Below are positions 17,975 to 25,667 of a stretch of DNA of 64,000 nucleotides, in pieces. The stretch comes from an uncultured delta proteobacterium (GTDB lineage: Bacteria; Desulfobacterota; Syntrophobacteria; Syntrophobacterales; Syntrophobacteraceae): NCBI GenBank assembly GCA_963813125.1, contig CAWEZA010000054.1, positions 1 through 64,000 of the forward strand. Reading direction: 5' to 3'. How positions within the stretch are numbered: position 1 is the first letter of the stretch; the number at the start of each line of letters is the position of its first letter. A model generated the notes under the pieces. The model had not been told where the DNA came from and did no database searches. It saw only the letters and a list, made by a program, of their open reading frames with translations. Position numbers and translations under genes: made by a program.

Positions 17975-18607
17975 GTGATTATGTTTGGCGAAATTCCTCG
18001 AAATTCCGAACAGGGGAGGGTGGCCGTGAGCGATCCCGCAAAAAAGCCTGCAACCTATGAAGACCTTTACGACATCCCCGAAAACATGATCGGGGAGATC
18101 GTTGACGGGGAGTTGACCGTAACACACAGGCCCACGAGGGAACACGGTTATGCGGCAACGACATTGATTGAAGAGGTCGGACCGCCATATCATCGCGGGC
18201 GTGGCGGACCGGGGGGATGGATCTTTATCGTAGAACCCGAGATTATCTTCGGCGAGGACGTCCTGGTGCCCGATGTGGCGGGATGGAAGGCGCAAAGATT
18301 CATATGGGAAGAGGATCGAAATCCCATCTCGGTCGCACCCGATTGGGTGTGCGAGGTCCTCTCGCCAAAGACCATCCGCAATGACAAAGTAAGAAAAATG
18401 CCCGTTTATGCCCGCCATGGCGTTGGACATATCTGGCTTATCGATCCCGCCGCCATGACGATGGACGCCTTCCGGCTCGAATCGGGCGGATGGTTCTTGC
18501 TGGCGAGCTTTTCAGAAAACGACAAGGCGCGGGTAGAGCCGTTCCAGGAGATTGAAATAAATCTCGACTATTTGTGGGCCGAAAGCTCGAAGCCTCCAAT
18601 ACCATGA
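17975..18607 (+). CDS. Uma2-family (DUF820) putative endonuclease
   Basis: YEDLYDIPENMIGEIVDGEL...PDWVCEVLSPKT are Uma2 signatures. The true start may be an internal GTG near 18024. Confidence 0.75.
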   Translation: MIMFGEIPRNSEQGRVAVSDPAKKPATYEDLYDIPENMIGEIVDGELTVTHRPTREHGYAATTLIEEVGPPYHRGRGGPGGWIFIVEPEIIFGEDVLVPDVAGWKAQRFIWEEDRNPISVAPDWVCEVLSPKTIRNDKVRKMPVYARHGVGHIWLIDPAAMTMDAFRLESGGWFLLASFSENDKARVEPFQEIEINLDYLWAESSKPPIP

Positions 18608-18831
18608 CGGGCCGATCTTATACGGGCAGCAGATCCATGCCTCGGGTAAGGGTGCCCGCCCCCTTGACCCGCCTCGCCGCGAAGTGTATCGAGTGGAAAG
18701 TCGGCTGGGATGATGCAAGCGACGACAGGACTCCTCGATTGGTGATTGACTCCAAACAGGTTTCCAGGGAAGAGTTCGGGAGAATGCTGATGATATATGA
18801 GGGATGGAACTTCAAGATGGAGATACAGTAA
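18604..18831 (+). CDS. Hypothetical small protein translationally coupled to the Uma2 gene
   Basis: ATGA start/stop overlap with the Uma2 stop. The ORF is 75 aa. Confidence 0.4.
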   Translation: MTGRSYTGSRSMPRVRVPAPLTRLAAKCIEWKVGWDDASDDRTPRLVIDSKQVSREEFGRMLMIYEGWNFKMEIQ

Positions 18832-18862
18832 TCCCTATTGGCAACCCATTGGATCGATTGGA

Positions 18863-19249
18863 TTAAAACAACGGGTTATCGATACGCTTCAATTCCCGAA
18901 TATGGAGGCCGACGCTTTCATTGTTCAAAATGGCCACATTTTCAGCACGCCCCACAACGATAACTTTTGAGTTGGCGGATGGCGTCGTGCCACTGGTCAC
19001 TACCGCGATCTTACTGCCGTCATCACTTAAAAAGTAGAGCTTCAGGTTTACCAGAGGGATCTTGGTGATTCCCGAAACCGTTCCTCTTACCTTGACCTGC
19101 CTGCCGTCATACGCCGACGGGTTGTTCAAGATATCTTTTACGCTGGTGAACCCAAAAGGCAGGTACTGGCAGCCGGCGCTCACCAGCAGGAGTGAAAAGC
19201 TCAAGAACATGATGATTCCGCCTGTCCAGGCGAAAGCTTTCCGTTTCAT
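18863..19249 (-). CDS. Lipoprotein, possibly OB-fold (BOF/YgiW-like)
   Basis: The signal/lipobox is MKRKAFAWTGGIIMFLSFSLLLVSAGC, and GRQVKVRGTVS is an OB-fold-like segment. Confidence 0.45.
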   Translation of the reverse strand: MKRKAFAWTGGIIMFLSFSLLLVSAGCQYLPFGFTSVKDILNNPSAYDGRQVKVRGTVSGITKIPLVNLKLYFLSDDGSKIAVVTSGTTPSANSKVIVVGRAENVAILNNESVGLHIRELKRIDNPLF

Positions 19250-19472
19250 CCAACCCCCCATCCTGATCCGCCCCCGTGCGTTTCTACGTCTGGGGCTGAC
19301 CGTCCGTCCCGACCAGGCTACGACATTTATAATGATAGTAATCTAAATTTCCCCATTCACAAGTACCTGAAATTTCCAGGGGCGGCAATTCAAAATTGCC
19401 CGGGGAAAGCCACCCTGACCACTCGTAATAGGGGGCGTGGGGCAGAAAGATGGCGCTCAGGAACCTCGAAAA

Positions 19473-20027
19473 TCAGATCAGCATGATGATATCGACGATC
19501 ACCAAACCCGGAATGGCAACCAGAGCTAAATAATCTAGAAAAGCGCTCATCCAGCCTAAACGCTGAATCCAAAGCCCGCCGAGTATTCCGGCTCCATATC
19601 CGGGGAAAAGGCCTGCGAATCCGCAGAGCATCAGCTTCCACCCGGAGTGTGAAAAGCCGAGCCTGCCAAGCATCAAACCGGCGGTTACTCCCAGAAAAAC
19701 AAGAAATAGAAATATCTCTACCCTGAAGGATTCATACGTTGGAGGCGTGCCTGCCGACGATACGATGCTGTTGATAAGTAGGGCGACAAAAACGGCGCTC
19801 CCCAGGATGCCGAATATCCACCCGGAGATCGAGCCTTTCTCGCAGGCCGCCGTAAATCCCCACACGGCGGCGCCCACGGAAAGAAAGGTGACTATCGTGA
19901 ATTCCAAAGGGAGATGGCCGGCAAAAGGCGATCGGTATTTTTCCTCGCTCGGCCTTACGCGTCTCCACAGAAGGGAGGGGAAGAATTTAAGATGAAAATC
20001 AAAGGAGAGAAACTTCGGTGGGTTCAT
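19473..20027 (-). CDS. Hypothetical integral membrane protein
   Basis: A 184-aa ORF with ~5 hydrophobic helices. Confidence 0.45.
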   Translation of the reverse strand: MNPPKFLSFDFHLKFFPSLLWRRVRPSEEKYRSPFAGHLPLEFTIVTFLSVGAAVWGFTAACEKGSISGWIFGILGSAVFVALLINSIVSSAGTPPTYESFRVEIFLFLVFLGVTAGLMLGRLGFSHSGWKLMLCGFAGLFPGYGAGILGGLWIQRLGWMSAFLDYLALVAIPGLVIVDIIMLI

Positions 20028-20252
20028 ATGATCACGGATTCGATGGTATTTTGTTTATCGTCCATAAAGCCTCATTATATCGATACAAGTTTATTCCAAT
20101 TTGAAGTTCCGGGCAAATAGATTCCGGAGCAGGCCGGAGGGCGGATATCGCACCAACCGCGTTTGCGTGGTGCTCTTCGTTTTAGCGGGTACGGGGCGCC
20201 GTCGTATACCTGGACTGGGTACGCAGCCTGTGTTGCATCGTAAAACTTCATG

Positions 20253-20281
20253 TTGACTAATGCGCCTGCTTTCTTTAGTAT
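20253..20281 (+). promoter_or_regulatory. Sigma70-like promoter (TTGACT-N17-TAGTAT) upstream of the precursor peptide gene
   Basis: The -35 TTGACT is at 20253-20258, the spacer is 17 nt, and the -10 TAGTAT is at 20276-20281, ~65 nt upstream of the ATG. Confidence 0.55.
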
Positions 20282-20348
20282 TGTCAGGCGATTATGGTAT
20301 GGCGTGTGTGCTGTTATTTAAGGAAATTACAACAAAGAGGGAGACTTC

Positions 20349-20510
20349 ATGGAGATTAAAGAAAGAAGCGAAAGCGCGGGCGGGAACATGGTCCTCGAAA
20401 GCGAGTCTTACACTGTGATGTCTCTATGCGCCGGCTTGGCCGTTGCTGAGGTCGGCGACGGAAACTGTTTCTCCTGTGAAGGCTATATCACGGTTCCCTG
20501 CAGTTGCTGA
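20349..20510 (+). CDS. RiPP-like precursor peptide (53 aa, 5 Cys in the C-terminal half)
   Basis: The RBS is AAGAGGGAG, 5-8 nt before the ATG. The peptide is MEIKERSESAGGNMVLESESYTVMSLCAGLAVAEVGDGNCFSCEGYITVPCSC. It sits immediately upstream of two rSAM/SPASM genes. Confidence 0.6.
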   Translation: MEIKERSESAGGNMVLESESYTVMSLCAGLAVAEVGDGNCFSCEGYITVPCSC

Positions 20511-20632
20511 CGCCATGTAACGCAGTACCCGACCGATCTCCGGCAGGGCGGGATTGGGATGCCGTGCTGTTTGCTCTTCGAGCATGAGCAAGGCGCCATA
20601 TTTCATTACCAGAGCTGAGTAAGTGCACGGTC

Positions 20633-20676
20633 GGCGTGAGTCCTTCCAGTGTGGAGGACTCACGCCATCTCTTTTT
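20633..20676 (+). terminator. Intrinsic terminator/attenuator between the precursor and maturase genes
   Basis: GGCGTGAGTCCT-loop(TCCAGTGTGG)-AGGACTCACGCC followed by ATCTCTTTTT. Confidence 0.6.
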
Positions 20677-20785
20677 GCGTCTCCGATGGATTATCTCCAC
20701 GTATTCTCCGTCCGCTGCCTCAGGTAAATAAGAATAAAGGAAAGAAGAAACGGATTCTCACGGCCCCCTCGAGGTTACGAAGAAT

Positions 20786-22228
20786 TTGATAGAGTTGGAA
20801 CGCGGCGGCGATGAGTTGCTGCTTGTGAACTCTTTCCACATGCTTCCGCTATACGTGGCTCGCGGCAAAAAGGGTGTGAAGCGCGTACTCTCACAGGTCG
20901 GGGGCAAAACGTTTGAAGAGCTCCTGGCCTTATTCTCCGGGGACACGGACCTCATCCGAATGCTCAGGGACCATCGCATCCTTGTCGATTCCTCCCGCGA
21001 GAAGGAGCGGTGTGAGCGCACGGGCATCGACGCGGCTTTAGCCGCGCCACCTCTGCCCAAGAACAAGATGACCGTTTTCCTCCTGATTACTGAATCATGC
21101 AACCTTGGTTGTGTATATTGCCTTAACGGCTCGGGGACTTATCGCAAAAGCCCGGGCGCGCTCATGAGCCCCCAGGTCGCCATGCGCAGCATCACGGCGT
21201 GCCTGGATCAACTTGGCGCCGGCGGCACCCTTCAAGTGACCTTCTTTGGGGGCGAACCGCTCCTTAATTGGCCCCTTGTAAAAGAGGTGATAAAGCAATG
21301 CGAGCAATTACCCGGGCAGACGTATGGCGACAAGAAGATTGCATATCATATAACCAGCAATCTGACCACATGCCCTCCCGATCTGATCGAAACGCTAAAA
21401 AAGCATAAAATCACCGTCTTATCCGATATCGACGGGCCCCCGGAAATTCATAACCGTTGCCGTCCCTTTCTGCGCGGCGGAGCTTCTTATGCCCGGAGTG
21501 CGGAAACTATACGCAGGTTGGTAGACGCCGGAATACCGGTAGCTCTGCGCGCTACGCTTACTTCCGTCAATCAGGACTGCGTCGCTGATATTGCCGCCCA
21601 CCACAAGGCGCTCGGCGCCGGTAATTGCGGCCTTGTGCCGGTCTGCCAAATCAATTCCGATCGGCAATACCTGCCTGAGTGGCTTCTGCCCGATCCGGAC
21701 AGGATTATCGCCGGGGTGGTGAATGTATATCGCAGTGGATTATGGGAAAGGACGAAGCTCTTCCCGTTCAACCAATATGTTTTGAAATTGCGTCCCGGCT
21801 CGCGGCAGACTGTGGGCTGCGCGGCTCCCTCGGGCGCCGTTCCGGTCATCAACGCCAACGGAGACGTTTACCTGTGCGCCTATCTTGTCGGCCAGGAGAA
21901 GTTCCGCTATGGAACGTCGTCAAACGCATGGGACCGGCGGTTGCTCGAAGAAACGTCGGCCTCACTGCATGTCGATAATCTCCCGGGGTGTAGCGCATGT
22001 CCCTGGCGATACGCGTGCGGAGGTGGATGCCCGGTGATGAGACTGGGGTTTTACGAAGTGGAAAAAAACCCTGTGGCCGCGGAATATGGACGGAGAATCG
22101 TCTGCGATTTTAGCAGGGCAGTTTTGACCGAGTGTCTTTGGGACGTGGCGGACAATGTGTCGGCCTCCATTGCCGAGGGGCGGGGGCAACACCGTGGACC
22201 GGCGCTCGACCCAACGCTTTTTTGCTGA
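20786..22228 (+). CDS. Radical SAM/SPASM-domain peptide-modifying enzyme with an N-terminal RRE-like domain (paralog 1)
   Basis: The CX3CX2C motif is SCNLGCVYC. The C-terminal SPASM cysteines are CAAPSGAVPVINANGDVYLCAYL...GCSACPWRYACGGGCPVM. The N-terminal ~90 aa (LERGGDELLLVNSFHMLPLYV...TFEELLALF...ILVD) is PqqD/RRE-like. The only canonical start is a TTG with a GAGGT SD. Confidence 0.85.
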   Translation: MIELERGGDELLLVNSFHMLPLYVARGKKGVKRVLSQVGGKTFEELLALFSGDTDLIRMLRDHRILVDSSREKERCERTGIDAALAAPPLPKNKMTVFLLITESCNLGCVYCLNGSGTYRKSPGALMSPQVAMRSITACLDQLGAGGTLQVTFFGGEPLLNWPLVKEVIKQCEQLPGQTYGDKKIAYHITSNLTTCPPDLIETLKKHKITVLSDIDGPPEIHNRCRPFLRGGASYARSAETIRRLVDAGIPVALRATLTSVNQDCVADIAAHHKALGAGNCGLVPVCQINSDRQYLPEWLLPDPDRIIAGVVNVYRSGLWERTKLFPFNQYVLKLRPGSRQTVGCAAPSGAVPVINANGDVYLCAYLVGQEKFRYGTSSNAWDRRLLEETSASLHVDNLPGCSACPWRYACGGGCPVMRLGFYEVEKNPVAAEYGRRIVCDFSRAVLTECLWDVADNVSASIAEGRGQHRGPALDPTLFC

Positions 22229-22274
22229 AACAAAAGAGGAGTTCCCCTTCTCGGACTCTGCATCGGGGTACCCC

Positions 22275-23714
22275 ATGAGGGCTCAAGTGTTGCTCGAATT
22301 GACCAAAAACCTGATCTCCCTGGAAAGGGGCCGCGACGAGTTGCTCCTGGCAAACTCGTTCCACATGATGCCTCTATATGTTAAGCGGGGCAGGGAGCGT
22401 ATAAAGGGCGTGCTCGACCATGCATCCGGCGGACGCACGGCAGAAGAGTTGGAAGCGGCATTTCCGGGGGATGTCGGCCTCATCGAGCTCCTTCGCGATA
22501 ATCGCATTTTGGTCGACAAGTCATTTTACCCCGACGGGTTCGATCTCGCAGATATCGCGGCGGAAAAGATCCAGTCCGGCCCCCGGGAGAGGATCACGCT
22601 TTATCTGCTGCTTGGCGAATCCTGCAACCTGGACTGCATCTACTGCCTGAACGGACCCAAGACATACCGGAAAAATCACGCAGAGGGGATGGGCGCGCGG
22701 ACTGCCCTGAGAAGCATCGAGAAATGCCTGGAGGAACTCGTTCCCGGAGGCGTGGTGGAAGTCGGTTTTTTCGGGGGCGAGCCTTTACTTCACTGGCCGG
22801 TGGTCAAGCAGGTGATAAGCCGTTGCGAAAGTGAGATCGGGCCGGCAAACCCCGATAAAAAAATACGATATCACCTTACCAGCAATCTGACACTGTGTCC
22901 ACCAGACCTGGTCGAATGGGTGACACGCTACAAGATTACAATAGTCTGCGGGATCGACGGTCCACCGGAGATTCACGACCGATGCCGGGTCTACCGCGGA
23001 GGCGCCCCGTCTCATGCGCGCAGCGCGGACACTATACGCCGGCTTGTGCAGGCCGGAGTACACCCCACCTTGAGGGCAACGATCACTTCAGCCAACCATG
23101 ACCGGTTGCACGAAGTAGCTGCGCACCACACCCTGCTTGGAGCCGCCGCCTCGCTGTTTATCCCGGTACGCCCCATTAATTCGGACAGCGAGTTTTTCCC
23201 GGAACAGATCCTGCCCGACCCGGAAAAAATCATTTGCGCCGCAGTCGAACTCGGTCTCGGCGATTCTTCGGGCAAGGCAAACCTATTTCCCTTCAATGAT
23301 TTTTCAGCCGATTTACGCCCCGGCGCCCGATATGTAGTCGCCTGCGGCGCTCCCCGGGGGGCCACTTACGTGGTGCGGCCCAACGGCGACATTTATCCCT
23401 GCATCTATCTCGTCGGCCAGAAACAGTACAGGCTCGGAAATGTGACCGGCATGCTGGATCGTAGGCCCCTTGAAGAAATGTTTACCGCTTTACACGTGGA
23501 TAACCGCGAAGATTGCCGGACTTGCGCCTGGCGGTATGCTTGCGGCGGCGGCTGCCCGGTCATGAATCTTGCGCGCATAGGCGGCGCCGAGAAGAGCGCC
23601 CGTGTGGTGGAGTACAGCCGCAGGATCACCTGCGACCTGAGCCGGGCGATCCTTTCCGACGCCCTCTGGCGTCTCGCCGACCGGGGCTTAAGCGGAGTTG
23701 CCGGACAAGTTTGA
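22275..23714 (+). CDS. Radical SAM/SPASM-domain peptide-modifying enzyme with an N-terminal RRE-like domain (paralog 2)
   Basis: GESCNLDCIYCLNG, CGAPRGATYVVRPNGDIYPCIYL, and CRTCAWRYACGGGCPVM. It is ~45% identical to paralog 1 over its full length. Confidence 0.85.
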   Translation: MRAQVLLELTKNLISLERGRDELLLANSFHMMPLYVKRGRERIKGVLDHASGGRTAEELEAAFPGDVGLIELLRDNRILVDKSFYPDGFDLADIAAEKIQSGPRERITLYLLLGESCNLDCIYCLNGPKTYRKNHAEGMGARTALRSIEKCLEELVPGGVVEVGFFGGEPLLHWPVVKQVISRCESEIGPANPDKKIRYHLTSNLTLCPPDLVEWVTRYKITIVCGIDGPPEIHDRCRVYRGGAPSHARSADTIRRLVQAGVHPTLRATITSANHDRLHEVAAHHTLLGAAASLFIPVRPINSDSEFFPEQILPDPEKIICAAVELGLGDSSGKANLFPFNDFSADLRPGARYVVACGAPRGATYVVRPNGDIYPCIYLVGQKQYRLGNVTGMLDRRPLEEMFTALHVDNREDCRTCAWRYACGGGCPVMNLARIGGAEKSARVVEYSRRITCDLSRAILSDALWRLADRGLSGVAGQV

Positions 23715-23847
23715 CATCGGCCGCAGCATAAACCTCTAACCTGGAACGGAAGGAGGAATTATGGGGAGCGCTTGGTAATACGAGCCCCGTCACATCATGG
23801 AAGGACGGGGCCTTTGTTCCCGCGGGACTTTTGCGGGCAGTTGAGAG

Positions 23848-25122
23848 TTACTTTCGTTTTACAGGGGCCCCTGATGCCGGCGAAGAACCTTTTAGCCATT
23901 CGCTGACGAAATCATTCAAACTTGAGGGGAGCCACCACAGCGATAAGGTGCTTGGCAGCTTGCCGTCAGTCTTTTGTCCGAAATTTCTCAGGGCATCGGC
24001 TGCGGCCAGCGCCTGAATGGTTCCCGTATAAGGGCTGAGACTCTGAGCAATGGCCTGGTCCTGGGAAGCGATGTAGCGCCGATTTATGGCGCTCTGTACT
24101 TCGGGGTCGAATTGAAAGGTATCGGCCCAACCTATGTAATCGAGGGTAACGCCGACCGAATCTAGATAAGCGGTCAGTTTTTTCTGGACATCCGCCATAA
24201 TCTGCCCCGCGGCACCATTGTCCTGGTCAAAGGTGCGGCTGGTAAACTCTTCACCGAGCAGGGCCTGCACCTTGTCCCTCACCACCCCGTCCATCACCTC
24301 CGTGAGACTGTGGCCGTAATAGACAGAGGTAAAGATTACTTCCGGTCTGGTACGGTTGCCGACTGGAGGCTTTATGCCGAAGCGATACAGAAATTTGGGG
24401 GCGTTATCTTCCGATACGGATGCAGCGATGGAAACGCCGACTGTGATGTTTAGCCCCTCTTTGCTCTGCACGGGAAAACCTTCGTTTCTGCTGGAAGTCC
24501 CACGGTTTGATTCGGTAACCCACTCACGGTTATACGGTGTGCGGTCGACAATAATCAGACGTCCACCCGGAACATAGTAGTCCTTCCAAAAAGCTGAGTT
24601 TTCCAGTTTGACGTGAGGAATGACGAATCGCTTGGCCGCGATTTTATGTTCCCGCAGATATTCCTCCGATTGGAACGAGGCCTGGCCGTTTTTGTTGTTC
24701 CCCACATCGGGAATAAAGAAGGCCGACTCATTCGGAAGAATAAAGAACGGCTCGGCGTAATCGGACTGGTTGTAGTAGGCATAGCAGGAGGTGCTCGCCG
24801 TGAGTACGGTCAGCAGCACCAGCGGGACCAGACCCGACTTGATGAAAGACCGCAGCGGTTTCCACCAGATCAGAGCAATGATGGCCAAAAGAACAAGAGC
24901 CGGGACACCGAGGTGTTTGAAGAAATCCATTCCAAACTGCGACGTGACATAGGCCATGTCGCTGTTCTCGAACTGTTTGGCGGCCATCTTACCCGCACCC
25001 AGAAGGGCCATAGAGTTGAGAAGGTAGTTGATCCAACCGTAAATCATAATGGATGCCACGGTAAGAACCCCGCGTATGATATAACCGCGGCCTCCATTGT
25101 TCTCCAAATCATCAAAACCCAT
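23848..25122 (-). CDS. SPFH/band-7-like membrane protein
   Basis: The RBS is AAAAGGAGAAAA. There are ~3 N-terminal TM helices. The C-terminal region VRDKVQALLGEEFTSRT...VTLDYIGWADTFQFDPEVQSAINRRYIASQDQ fits an SPFH domain pattern. Confidence 0.55.
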   Translation of the reverse strand: MGFDDLENNGGRGYIIRGVLTVASIMIYGWINYLLNSMALLGAGKMAAKQFENSDMAYVTSQFGMDFFKHLGVPALVLLAIIALIWWKPLRSFIKSGLVPLVLLTVLTASTSCYAYYNQSDYAEPFFILPNESAFFIPDVGNNKNGQASFQSEEYLREHKIAAKRFVIPHVKLENSAFWKDYYVPGGRLIIVDRTPYNREWVTESNRGTSSRNEGFPVQSKEGLNITVGVSIAASVSEDNAPKFLYRFGIKPPVGNRTRPEVIFTSVYYGHSLTEVMDGVVRDKVQALLGEEFTSRTFDQDNGAAGQIMADVQKKLTAYLDSVGVTLDYIGWADTFQFDPEVQSAINRRYIASQDQAIAQSLSPYTGTIQALAAADALRNFGQKTDGKLPSTLSLWWLPSSLNDFVSEWLKGSSPASGAPVKRK

Positions 25123-25382
25123 GCTTTTTTCTCCTTTTATTGAGCAGTCCAATCTAATTGGCTCGAAAATAAACAAATCGCTACTCCTTATAAATTCGGA
25201 TGGTACTCGCCATCATATCAATAAAATAAATGGATCCGCTCTTCCTTCTTCATGCCAATCCCTAATCCGTGAGTAAAATCCACGAGGGTCACTGAAAATC
25301 CCCAGGTGAGAGCAGGGGAGTAGCCTGCCAAGGGTTTAGGCATAGTGATCCAGTGGTTCACCGAGGGGGGAAGGCCCCGAAG

Positions 25383-25418
25383 CCCCTGAGGCCGCATGCT
25401 CAGGGGCCTTTTTCTTTC
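25383..25418 (+). terminator. Terminator-like hairpin (GCCCCTGAG-N8-CTCAGGGGC + TTTTTCTTT)
   Basis: A GC-rich 9-bp stem with a T-run on the + strand. It lies between two minus-strand genes, so the orientation or function is uncertain. Confidence 0.25.
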
Positions 25419-25667
25419 ACTATTAAAAAGGATTCAATTTCCGGGCGTAGATTCTCGAAAGCCTGTACGGCGCCTTTGAGCTTATTCGGGTCCAACCCCG
25501 GCCGCCTGATATGCGAATTGCTTGAATGTTCAGGGCTTCATGAGGGTTTTGGCTGCTTCATAAAGCATCCTGGCCGACAAATGAGCTTATGGAATGAAAT
25601 CCGGAGCGTCTGTCTGCAGCCTTTTCACAGAGTCTTTGCACGTATTGAGTTCGGAATACCTTGTAAC

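Noticed and set aside
20424-20700. Minus-strand ORFs (79 and 70 aa) overlapping the precursor peptide gene
   Set aside because: The plus-strand small ORF has a promoter, a strong RBS and a following terminator. The antisense ORFs lack these.
23783-23800. 5-codon ORF (MGSAW) behind a perfect GGAAGGAGG RBS
   Set aside because: It is too short to evaluate. It lies within the convergent 3' UTRs, and the RBS-like purine run may be coincidental.
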